DNA from: Amphiscolops sp. MND2022
Lineage: Eukaryota
NCBI GenBank assembly: GCA_964187785.1
Contig: OZ076409.1
Span: 51,274,001 to 51,338,000 of the forward strand
Length of the DNA stretch: 64,000 nt
Direction: 5' to 3'
Positions 12,492 through 24,400 of the stretch are shown here, in pieces. A model generated the notes under the pieces. The model saw only the letters and a list, made by a program, of their open reading frames with translations. It was not told the DNA's origin and ran no database searches. The translations under genes were made by a program, and so were the position numbers. The stretch's first letter is position 1. Each line of letters opens with the position of its first letter.

Positions 12492-15400
12492 TCAGTCCCA
12501 CTTCAAATCATCTCGACGCAATGAACTCTGGAGCTTTTGCATGTTTCTAATTAATTCTGTGCTGGTATCAAACTTTGGCAAGTTTCCGGATGGAGTTCCT
12601 TGAGTTTTATTAAGTTTGGCTGTCCCCGAGTTCCGCTTTATCCTTCGCCTCCATCCTGAATTGGACCCACTTCTTTTGGGCTGTTTTTCTCTCAGCGCAT
12701 CCAAATGAGATTCTATTTTATCAATCTGAACCTGCTTCGCTTCCATTTTCTTCCGTAGAATCATTTGCTCTCGGGATAATTCAACTGCAAGTTGCTGATC
12801 GTCGCATTTTTCTTCTCGTTCTAAAACTATGTCTTCGTACTGGATAGCTAAGTCTTCGAATTCATGGTAAAGATCGTACACAAGTTCTCGCATACTCGAT
12901 TCTGAGTTGAAGTCACACTTCTTAGCACGTCCAGCAGTGGTCACAGCTTGGGATTCCTCGGATGCAACACTGCAACAGCTGTTCGGTCTCGGCGTCGTGT
13001 ATTTTTTGTTTTTCTTCTTTTGTTTTGATGGTACCTTGAACAAATAACCATTTGGGAGACAATGGCTATAAGTTTCAACTTAGGCGTTTCAAATCCGATG
13101 ATGTGGACACTTTTACAGTACTACTTAACTACTGGACCAGCAAACGGAAACGCATCTAAGTTAGTGCAAAGGGTCCCCCCTTTCATTTACTACCTTTTTT
13201 ACGTGATACAAAACCGAACGAGACTATAGGGTCCCCCCTTTGAATTTTTTCATCACTGTGCGACCTTTCAAACTTTTTGTCGCCAAATGGTCCCCCCTTC
13301 AAATTTATATATTTCAAGTGATATTTTGCAGCAAACTGAAGTTTCAAAAAGCCCAAAGGGTTCCCCCTTTTAAGTTTTTCGGCACTATGAGACTTTCAAA
13401 ATTATCATTTTCCTTTTTCGAAAATTTCTTAATGTCTCCAAAAGGTCCCCCCTTGATATTTTGCAACAAATTGGATTTTCGAAAGGCCGAAAAGACTCCC
13501 TTTTCTTTTTACAAACTTTGCGCTTTTTGAGTCTTAAATATAGCGCCGACTTTAGACGTTCCGGCGGCCTGAATTTTTATAATGACAAGAAATGGCAAGC
13601 ATGAAGTCGATATGTGGATTACTTAAAGTTAATTCGACTTGAGGAAAATATGAGGGCAAAACAAAACAAAACCCATCATAAGTAAGTTGACTCGCACCTT
13701 TTTGCCAGAAGGTGGCTTCATATTATTCACCAATGTTCCGGTTACATTGGCACTTTGACAAGCAGATGAGTGCATCTTGAGAGCGGCAAGAACTCTTTGT
13801 AAGTTCACATTCACAGAATGGCTCTGATTGACCGACGTTCCGCACACGAAAGGTAGCTCAGAAAACTTCGCATGGTAATGTGCACAATTCACATGGCTTG
13901 CTTTGGCTACAGATATACTACGATCCAGACTTTTGCTTCTCGGTTGGCTCTTTCTTGGGTCCTTTTTATCAGGTTGAAAAGAGACGTGGCGGTTTTTTGA
14001 ATTGAGATCGGAATCGTCTCGGTACGTTTTACTCGTATTTCCGTTCTGACTTTTTTCTACTTTCGCAGACGATGTAGAGTCTCGCCTGGCGGATCCATCT
14101 CGTTTTGATTTGCCTCTTTCTGAAGGAGGCCTTGAAGAACTTCGTTGTGTAGCCGAAGCGTGGTTGGACTTATTACTAGAGGTTCGAACATCGGATCCAT
14201 TTTTCGCAGGCTTTTTATTAACCTCTTCGGAGAACTTCTTGTGCTCGTCGACAAGTTTCTGCATGGAATTCAACTGGATCTCGAGATTAGCACATCGATC
14301 TTCAGCTTGCCGAAACTGCATCTCCACAGCCTAAAAAAGTTTCGTTACTTTCTGAAGGTATTCCATTTCAATGTTTTCCCGTGATAATCTTGCATGATTT
14401 TGATATGGAGCTCACGGACGAGCTCCAACAAAGGTGATATGAAAACAAAATCATGCGTGATGTTTTGAATGGTCACAAAAACGCATGGCTGCACATATGC
14501 AACCAATGAAGGATTACTCACTTTATTTCAGGTATCTGTAAGACAAAATACATAGTTAAGGCATTTCCTCAAACATTCTCAATTTAAAAAATATATATGA
14601 CTGGAGTAATGACATTTGATAAGGAATACCAATTCAAAGGATGACGGCGCAATATTGCTTCTAACGATAGAACGTTACAACAAGCTCACCAAACCTAAAG
14701 CTTTTCAGAATTGCTATGATGCATGATCGCTTCGAAAAGTGGGCAATATACAATCAACAGCATGGTCAAAACTACCTCAGTACTGTTTTGCAGATCAGTA
14801 AACGACTTCTCCACGTCAATATCTGTCACTATCTCCCGGTCCTCCGCGCCATTTCTTGTCCCAATTTCATTATCGATATGATCATCTTCCTCAGAGAACG
14901 TTTCAAGAGGAGGCACAGTTATTGCAGTTCCAGAGGTCGGGTCAACTCGGTTACCGTTTCCAGTGACATTTCTACCCAACGTAGCATTCGACATTCCGAC
15001 TTTCGCAGTTGAAAAGCTGTAAGACTTGGCAGACTGAGGAAGGTCTTGCTCAGCGATAACTTTGCGCATGGGCAGTTCAATGTGCTGAGTTGAGCTTCCA
15101 AAGGGGTCACGATCAACCGTGAATGTTCTTCCTGTAGTATTGTAACCGTTCAATCTCCCAGGCGAACCCGTTTGACCGAAACTGCTTCGGCCATAACTTG
15201 ATATGAGAGTTGGCATTCATCAGATCAACGTTTCAGCTTTAAAGAGTGTGAAAAACGTGAAACTTACGAACGCCACATAATCTACACAACACTACTTCAG
15301 TCAAAATCTAATGTTCCATCAATTGTGGAGGAAAATCAGACAATTTTCAAAATATCGGAGCATAAATTATTCAATTATCCATAGTGCTCAAAGCCGTGAC

Positions 15401-18400
15401 TCCGTTTTTAGTCTGCACTTTTCCTTTAAGGAAAAAATGCCCGACTATAGCAGTGACCGTTTTTAGTCGGCGCTTTTCCATTAAGGGAAAAATGCCTGAC
15501 TATAGCAGTGACTGTTTTTAGTCGGCGCCTTTTCCTTAAGGAAAAAAGCCCGACTATTACAGTGGGTAGTTTTTAGTCGGCGCCTTTTCCCTTAAGGAAA
15601 AAAGCCCGACTCTTACAGTGAGTAGTTTTTTTTTGTTTTTTTTTCAGTTGACAATCTCACTCTGAGTGGTCCACTTTTCTTACAATTTTTGTTCATCTTT
15701 CATATTTGTTCATCTTCCATCTTCGACCCAGCCGGAGAGCGTGGGTTCGATTCTCGCAATAAACCATAAATTTTTTAATGCTTCCAAAAGTACAGGTGAG
15801 ACCAAAGGGTCCCCCTTTGGGTTTTTTTCGGCACTATGCGACTTTTTTCGAAAATTTTCGAAATTTATCAAAGGGTACCCCCTTAAATTTTTTTGAAGTT
15901 TTCGGTTTGTAGAAAACGTTGAATGAGCCTGAATGGCCTCTTTTTGAGTTTTTCGGCATTGTGCGACCTAAAAAATACTTTTTTCCGAAAAAAAATCAAA
16001 AAATTTTTTTGAAAAAAATAAAATTTTTCCAATAGTTGTTCCTTGAATATTTTTGAGCCTAAGATATGGCGCCGACTTGGGACGTTCCCGTCTTGTTTTT
16101 CTTTTTCAGCCTACAATGTCACTCTGAATGGTCCACTTTTCTTACAATCTTTGTTCAACTAATTTTCTGAGAAGCCGGAGATCGTGGGTTCGATTCTCGC
16201 ACTAAACCACAAATTTTTTATGCTTCCAAAAGTAGATGCGAGACCAAAGGTTTTCTTTCGTTTGATTTTTTTCGTTTTTTTCGGCACTATGCGACTTTTT
16301 TTTGAAAATTTTCGGATTCTATCAAAGGGTAACCCCTTGCATTTTTTTTAAGTTTTCGGTTTGTAAAAACGTTTAATGAGCCTGAATGGCCTCTTTTTGA
16401 GTTTTTCGGCATTGTACGACTTTCTAAAAAAATTTCTTTGAAAAAAAATTCAAAAAAATTTTTTGAAGAAAATTTTTCCAAATGTTTCCAATAGTTGTTC
16501 TTTGAATATTTTTGAGCCTTAGATATGGCGCCGACTTGAGACGATCCCGTCTTGTTTTTCTTCAGACTGCAATCCTCACACTGATCGGTCCACTTTTTAG
16601 AAACAATCCTGAAACCACCTAAGGCGCCCAGTCCGACAAAGGAGCCAAGGCAAACTTAGTGCAAAGGGTCCCCCCTTTCATTTTTCACTTTTTCAAGGTA
16701 ATCTACAAAACCGAACGGGACTAAAGAGTCCCCCCTTTCGAATTTTTTTCGGCACTGTGCGACTTTTTTTCGAATTTTTTTTGTCTCCAAAGGGTCCCCC
16801 CTTCCATTTCTTACTTTTTAAACGTAAACCTACAAAACCGGACGAGACTAAAAGGTCCCCCTTTTGATTTATTTCCGGCACTGTGTGACTTTTTTTCGAA
16901 AATTTTTTATGTCCCCAAAGGGTCCCCCTTTGAGTTTTTTGTTATTTTGCCACAGAATGCATGTTTATAAATCAAAAAGGGTCCCTGTTTTACATTTTTC
17001 GGCACTGTGCGACATTTTCCGAAAGAAAAAAATTTTCAAAAATTTCAAGTTTTGTTCTTGTTCAAAATTGTGTATGGTAAGCAAAATGTGTATATGGTAA
17101 GCAAAAGCTAGTATAAATGCCCTGTAAACCTCTCACCTTTATAGTAGTCATCGTACTGTGTAAGACGGGCCTAACCCAGCCTGCTCTGGACGGTGTCTGC
17201 TGGTTTCTCTGATGCTGGGTAGCCTTTCGTTCGAAGATCGTACAGTGCTGTACAATCTTTATTTTTGGGTTGAAAGGTTATTAGTAGTTGGATTTATTAC
17301 CGGACCGTGCTAAACACGGGGGGGGGGGGTTTGAAATTTTGCAAAATTTTAGGCAACTTTGTACAGTTGTATATGTATTTCTCTTCGCGTGACAAAAGTC
17401 GAACTGACCACTCTCATTTACGCGTGACAAAGTTCGAAAATGATTAACTTTCAGTTGCGCGTGACAAACTTCGAAAATGGTTAACTTTCAGTTGCGCGTG
17501 ACAAACTTCGAAAATGGTTAACTTTCAGTTGCGCGTGACAATCTTCGAAAATGATTGCGTGACAAAATTCGAAAATGATTAACTTTCAGTTGCGCGTGAC
17601 AAACTTCGAAAATGATTAACTTTCAGTTGCGCGTGACAAACTTCGATAGCGACCAATCTCCCATCTCCGCGTGACAAACTTCGAAAATGATTAACTTTCA
17701 GTTGCGCGTGACAAACTTCGATAGCGACCAATCTCCCATCTCCGCGTGACAAACTTCGAAAATTAGCTTAAATCAACGAACGCCTGCTTTTATTCAAAAC
17801 TTTCAAACAATATTAAAAATATGATTGTAAAAAGAAACCACTCGTTTTTATCTGGAACTTTAATTTGTTTCTCCAGAATTGTAAACAATCTGCAAAATGA
17901 ATGTTGCATATGATTTTGAAGCGGATTTTCACAACCATTCTTACCGGTTGTTTTGCTGATCAAAATGAAAGTATTTCCATTTGTTCCATACAACGCTTAT
18001 TTCTTTCGTTCAAAACCAGGTATCAGGATCTACTGTGATACATGTAAGAGTGTCTAGGAATTGTTAGTTTTGTAACCTAAGAGTGTAACTGTTAGTTCTT
18101 GACAGAAAGTAGAACAAATATTACGTCATCTCTTGCAGTTTCCTGCACAACACCTTGCAACAATTTTGCATGATCAAGCAGTAGTGAGTAAACAGCCCTG
18201 GTTACCAGCTAGTGAGTAGAGAACCTCATCAATTTGTGTTCAGTTTATGAATTCTAATTATGAGCGATGATTTCAAAGAAATATCAAATTTGTTGCATAA
18301 AATTTTTGAATTCATTCTTTAGAGGACTTCAATTCATTAATTCTGAATTTTGAATTTTTGGTTTAGCTGGTGGAATTGAATTTCCTCGGATTGAAAAATT

Positions 18401-21400
18401 TAAACACTTGCTGGAGATCAATTGCTAGTCTACTAGAAAAGCAATATTGTATATTGAATATTCAGAAATCATTGCTCATTTCTCCAGCTTTCATCTTAAC
18501 AATGTGTTCACGAGAAACCTTCACTGCCTTCAGAGGTGAGCTAGATTTTTTATCGGTCTTGAACGATAGATTTCACGAGAACATGAATGTAGCTTCAAAA
18601 GGACCAATTTAAAAACAATTTTTGTTCTGCGAAAGATGTGTGATGTGTGCCAAAGCTAGAATGAAACGTGCTGTGCAACCATTGATAAAAGTAATTGAAT
18701 AAACGTCCTTTTTATACTTTTTTCTTGGGAAAGTTTCAATCGTTTCCTGAAATAACTTCTGCGCTGCTAAATTGAAATTTTCTTCAGCGAACCGACAAAG
18801 CACATCGGAAGAACATCCGAAAATTGAACTTTTGAAGGAAATTCCGATGAAGAAAACTGAACACGATAAAAAAGTTCGTTGGAAATACTACGTCGCTGTC
18901 GGAACAGTTGGTGGAAAAATTGGGCTGGGGGTACGGTGCGGGAAAAACAAAGAGAAAACTTTCAAACTTGCAGTTGCGAATGCGAAAAAAGGAATGATCC
19001 GGATTCCAAAATCACATTATCGAGAGGATGATTCTGGGAATAAACATACTCTTCCACGGTCTGTGACCGGAAAATATGGGAAACTTAGAGCCAGCGCAGA
19101 TCCTGCTCCCCGTGGTACTGGAATTGCTCATCCATTAGCCCGGGTTTTCTTCAATCTAGCCGGGATTGAGGACTGCCTTTTGAAAATAAACTCAGATAGC
19201 GCGCCATTAGGCTCAATTGCTATGCTGTTGTTCTTTACATTGAAAACTTTGAAGCTGAATAAAAATGAAACCATATAATTTCTCTTTATACATTGGCTGC
19301 TGGAAATTGAAGCAATTCGTTTTGTGCCTTTTTGATTTCAACTGAATGAGGAATTGAGATGAGTAAAGAGCTAGCCTTGAGAATTGTAAGTCTGCGAAAG
19401 AGTCACCAACCCAACGGTGTTTGCAAGTAAACAGAACGGTATTATAGTGCATCCTGATGTTGGATCCTGCTGAAACCTTTTTGGTGGAATTGAGGATCCT
19501 AACACGGCAATGCGTGAACCCTAGTACGTTTCTTGCAAAACTTTCAAAGACGGACAGGTTGTAAGCAAGGAAATTTAGGACATTTAGAACATAATCTGGA
19601 ACACCTACTGTGACGCTCCTACCAATGAATTTCACCGATAACGAGCAAATGTGAAAGAAAAAGACATTTTGTATAGAATAAAACTGTGCGTAGGATTATG
19701 GAAAGATGTGGGCGTAGAATGAGTAGAACATTCCCCGAAACATTTCTGAAAATCATAGGGCTAGATTTCTAAACTTGTGAATGTTGCTTGAATAACATAG
19801 TACTGGGATGGACTGAATAAATGGTATAGAAATGAATAGTTTCGTTTAGGACTCTTCTCTATAGCCATGTATATCTGATGATAGCCTATTCAGGTCTATA
19901 GTATGCTACTGTATATTGAAAGATAGATCAAAAATACGTCCTATATAGCCATGTATAACGGATGATAGCCTATTCAGGTCTATAGTATGCTACTATATAT
20001 TGAAAGATAGATCAAAAATACGTCCTATATAGCCATGCATATCGGATGATAGCCTATTCAGGTCTATAGTATGCTACTGTATATTGAAAGATAGATCAAA
20101 TATACGTCCTATATAGCCATGCATATCGGATGATAGCCTATTCAGGTCTATAGTATGCTACTGTTTTTTGAAAGATAGATCAAATATACGTCCTATATAG
20201 CCATGCATATCGGATGATAGCCTATTCTGGTCTATAGTATGCTACTGTATATTGAAAGATAGATCAAATATACGTCCTATATTGCCATGCATATCGAATA
20301 ATAACCTATTCAGGTCTATAGTATGGTACTGTATATTGAAAGATAGATCAAATATACGTCCTATATAGCCATGCATATCGGATGATAGCCTATTCAGGTC
20401 TATAGTATGGTACTGTATATTGAAAGATAGATCAAAAATACGTCCTATATAGCCATGTATATCGGATGAGAGCCATTTTAGACCTATAGTATGGTACTGT
20501 ATATTGAAAGATAGATCGAATATGAGTCCTATACGACCGTGTATATCAGATGATAACCATTTTGAACCTATAGTATGGTACTGTATATTGAAAGATAGAT
20601 CGAATATGAGTCCCATACGACCGTGTATATCCAGTCTTAGCCATTTTAGACCTATAGTATGGTAGTGTATAATGAATGATAGATCAAAAATAAGTCCTAT
20701 AGGACAGTGTTCATCGAATCTTAGCTACATCAGACCTATAGTATGGTACTGTATATTAAAAGATAGATCAAATATACGTCATATACGACGGTGTACATCC
20801 AGTGCTAGTCGTTTTAGACCTATAGTATGGTACTGTATATTGAAAGATTGATCAGTAATACGTTCCATAGAACCGTTCATGTGATGTCTTACTACGCTTT
20901 TATTAGCTATCGCGCCGGCCAATAAAGTGGGAGCGAAACAAGACTGAATTCACAAAGTTATTGAACCACTCAAAACACTTGAAACTTTCTTCAACAAGTA
21001 CTTGAGAACAAAGAGTAAAACAATGATTACAGCACTATTTGTTTGAAGCTATCAGCATTTGCAATAACATAAGCTAAAGTTTTATTCGCTCTCACTGTCG
21101 CTCACAATTTCCATACGCCTTCTTTTTGCTCTTTTGATGCGGTTCACAAATTCATCATCACTGAACCAATTGTCAAAATCGATTAGGTATTCCAAGTCTT
21201 CGATGGCGTTTGCCTCATCTTCCGTTAGTGTCTCAACAATCACACAGTCATTTGGGTCTGATTCATCCTCTTCTTCTCCTTCGAGCTGGCCATCTGCATC
21301 GGAAACTTCGGTTGCCTCGTCGTCGATGAATGGGTTTCTGGGAGGGCTCTGCTCTTCTCGAGTTTCGTCCAAGTTTGTTTCGCCTTCCAGCTCGGAATCA

Positions 21401-24400
21401 CTGTACTCTCTTTGATGCATTCCCGGATCAGGTGGTGACCATGCTTCCATCAATTCTTGAGTGAGTGAGATTGACTCATCTTCAGGTAGTCGCAATGGTG
21501 ACGGAACACGGGCATTCCCCGGCATCGGAGCATCATCTGGAAAGACTTGGGAGATTGTGTTTTGGGGATCGATACCATTTAGTTCATCCCAAGTGGGACT
21601 TGTTGGCATTTCTTCATCTTCATTTCCCCATTCTGGTTCATCCAAAATGTCTTGCTCAACATGAACATCCCTGATCATGTAGTGACCATGGGGTAAGGTT
21701 GAGATGCCGTCTTCTAATACAAAGCGCTTATCATCAAAGGAGCTCAGTGACAGCTTGTTGGTCTTGATAGTTTGTAATTGATGTCGGGTTGATCCGATCC
21801 GCGTGTTTAAGGTCTTGAAAGAATCACCCGTCTGCAGAATTGTTTTGAAAAGCTCATGTGTTAGCTTTCGTTGAGCGAATCTGGTGACGCCCTTCGCTGA
21901 TAACTTTTGCTTCCCGCCTGCCAAGATGGAATACATTTTTGGCTTGAGGCCTACAAATTCTTCGATAGGTGTTCCTCCTAGCTCATCTTTGAACTTGAGA
22001 GTCACCATTTTGTTGTCGGCGTTGTAGAGTTTATGATCTGTGGGGTAATTTGACAAGTCAAAATATTGACGCAACTCTGCATTTCGGGCAAGTTCATCAT
22101 AGAAATCTGTATGTTTCACTTCGTATAGCAATGAGTCTGTGTCCGAGTACAACACAAAGCAATTGAGATGTTTCTTCATCACGTTGTAATGGAAATCAAA
22201 CATGATGTATTTTGCCAAGTCTAGTACAGCAGCCCCAACTATTGTGGGTTTGTTCCACGTGATGGATCTTTTTCTAGAAGATATAGCTGCTAGATTTTCG
22301 TGGAAAATCTTGAACTCATTGAAAAAGGGGGTGTCTGTCCTCCTCAATAGAGCTTCGCTGTTGGCGATAAGGTGTACACTCACGCGGTTGCGTTTACTCT
22401 CCAGAGTTTTACCGTAGCAAGAATTGTTCATGAGTTTGAAGAAACTCTCTTCGAACTTGTTTCGAGATTCTTTTCTCTTTGCGGTATTTAGCTCCATATA
22501 TGGTTTCAACCATTTTGTTTGTTTGAACTTCAACACTCGATGTACTTTCTTCACTTCCATGCCAAGGCTAACGTAGAGCTTCAGTGTTATATAATGGACA
22601 GTATAGTTCTTTTTGTCAGACAGTGATTGGATCAGCTTTTTACCTTGACTAAAAGGTCTAGTTTCACCCATCTTTTCCAACAACTCTTGTTGACTTTCTC
22701 CCAGACTTTTGTAGTAGATTCTTTCTTTGGTTGGAGCCAGTGGAAAATCTTCATGTCCATCATGAAGCTTATCGGGGTAATGAAGGTCCACTTCTAGAAG
22801 GTATCCTTCTTCAGAGTCGTTAGATGTTTCCAATATTTTGCTCAGATTAATGTTTTGAACTGTTTCAAAGCTGTTCAATGGCAGTGGCAGTTTTTCCATG
22901 ACACCGCCATACAAGTTGTTTGCGTCGAGTAATACACCATAAGTGTCATATTCTCCGGTGTTGTGGTCATCTAGGTATCTGTTGTTTGCCTTGAAAAGTC
23001 TCTTGTCAAACACTGAAGATACACCTCCTCTAATCATATTTTCAACCATTTCCAGGTGGGAGCGATCAGTTAAAAGTTCAATGTCTGCCCGACATATTTT
23101 CAAGAAAGCATCGCCAGATAAGTGGGAGCAAGTAAAATAGTGTGCACTGTCCAAGCCATAGGTCTTATAACAGAGGCTACGAAATTCTTCAACCACGCAT
23201 GCCAAGAGTAGAGTGTCAGTTAAAAGGTACAAATTGTGGTAATCACCCAAGTTTTCGCATTGGAACTGCTCGTAAACCTTTTCTGCGTGTTGCCATTGAG
23301 CCTCAGTAATCATAACTTCTCCATTGCGCAGCGAATCTTTCCATTGTTCTCTCGGTGGTAGCTTCTCTTCTTGAAACTTTTCAAAGTTGTCAAAGTAGGA
23401 GTATGGATAATAGCCCTTTTGATGTAAGAGGTTTCGTTCTTCTTTAGAATAATCAGGAAAGACTTTGTCAAGTATTTCAAACTTATCTTCCGGCAAGTAT
23501 GAAACTAACTTTTCCAGCGAAGCACCCATGAATCGGTATGAGTCTATAAATCGCAGATACTCGAATACCGTCTTTGTCACCCCATTTTTATCTTGGTATG
23601 TTCTAACAGGCACTCCGATTGACAAAGTTATGTATTTTTCATCTGTTGACGGTATTACATCAAGTTTGCAACCTGGTTTGAACTTGTGGATATACATACA
23701 AACATGATGCAAGTCATAGTTTGACGAGTTGTGAGCTATGACTGGAATGAAGTTTGTTGTTTTCCTGTTGATATTACATTCTGGGTGTGCGAAACCGAGA
23801 AACTTTCCCGAGTAGTGACAATGGTCGATGACTTTGTCGTCTTCTATGTCTCTATTCAACCCAAACTGACCTTCGCAGATCCAACAAAATTGTGCTTCTT
23901 GAGGTCTTTCTGGTAGTGCATCAGAAAAGTAACGATGGTTTTGCTTTCTTGTATTCATTTCGTGAGCAATTTTCTCAAGTGCTTCAATGAATTTTTCCAT
24001 GCAGTTTTCAGAACGTTCAAGCTGCATGAAAATTGGGGTAGGGTTACCATGTTCAATACCAACAAAGCAGAAACCGCTAGGTTTGTGTAGTTCACTGATG
24101 CTTGTTGATTCATTTTCTTTTTGGCAGCCGGCAAGTGGCTGAAGGATTGATTCGAGATCAAAGTAGATAACCACCGGGGCAAACCATCTCGCACCCAAGT
24201 TTTTAAATTTCAACCGGTTTTTTTCTGGCGGAGGCTTTTTCACAACTGCGGGCTTGTGATGCAGGCAACTAACTTGGTGACGTTTGTAAACCATTTCATC
24301 AGTGCAGATGTGAAAACAGTTTCTGCAGAGTACTCTCTGAAACAACGATGTTGTTCCTTTGATCAAGTTGACGAGTCTCAAAAGGTCCAGTATCAGAACG

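Noticed and set aside
17386-17762. CRISPR-like array (repeat plus spacer look)
   Set aside because: Spacers are re-used rather than unique, there are no cas genes, and the context is a eukaryotic Polinton.
20242-20616. 28-aa repeat protein
   Set aside because: The frame is a by-product of the 84-bp array; it has no ATG start and TAG stops occur in all left-hand units.
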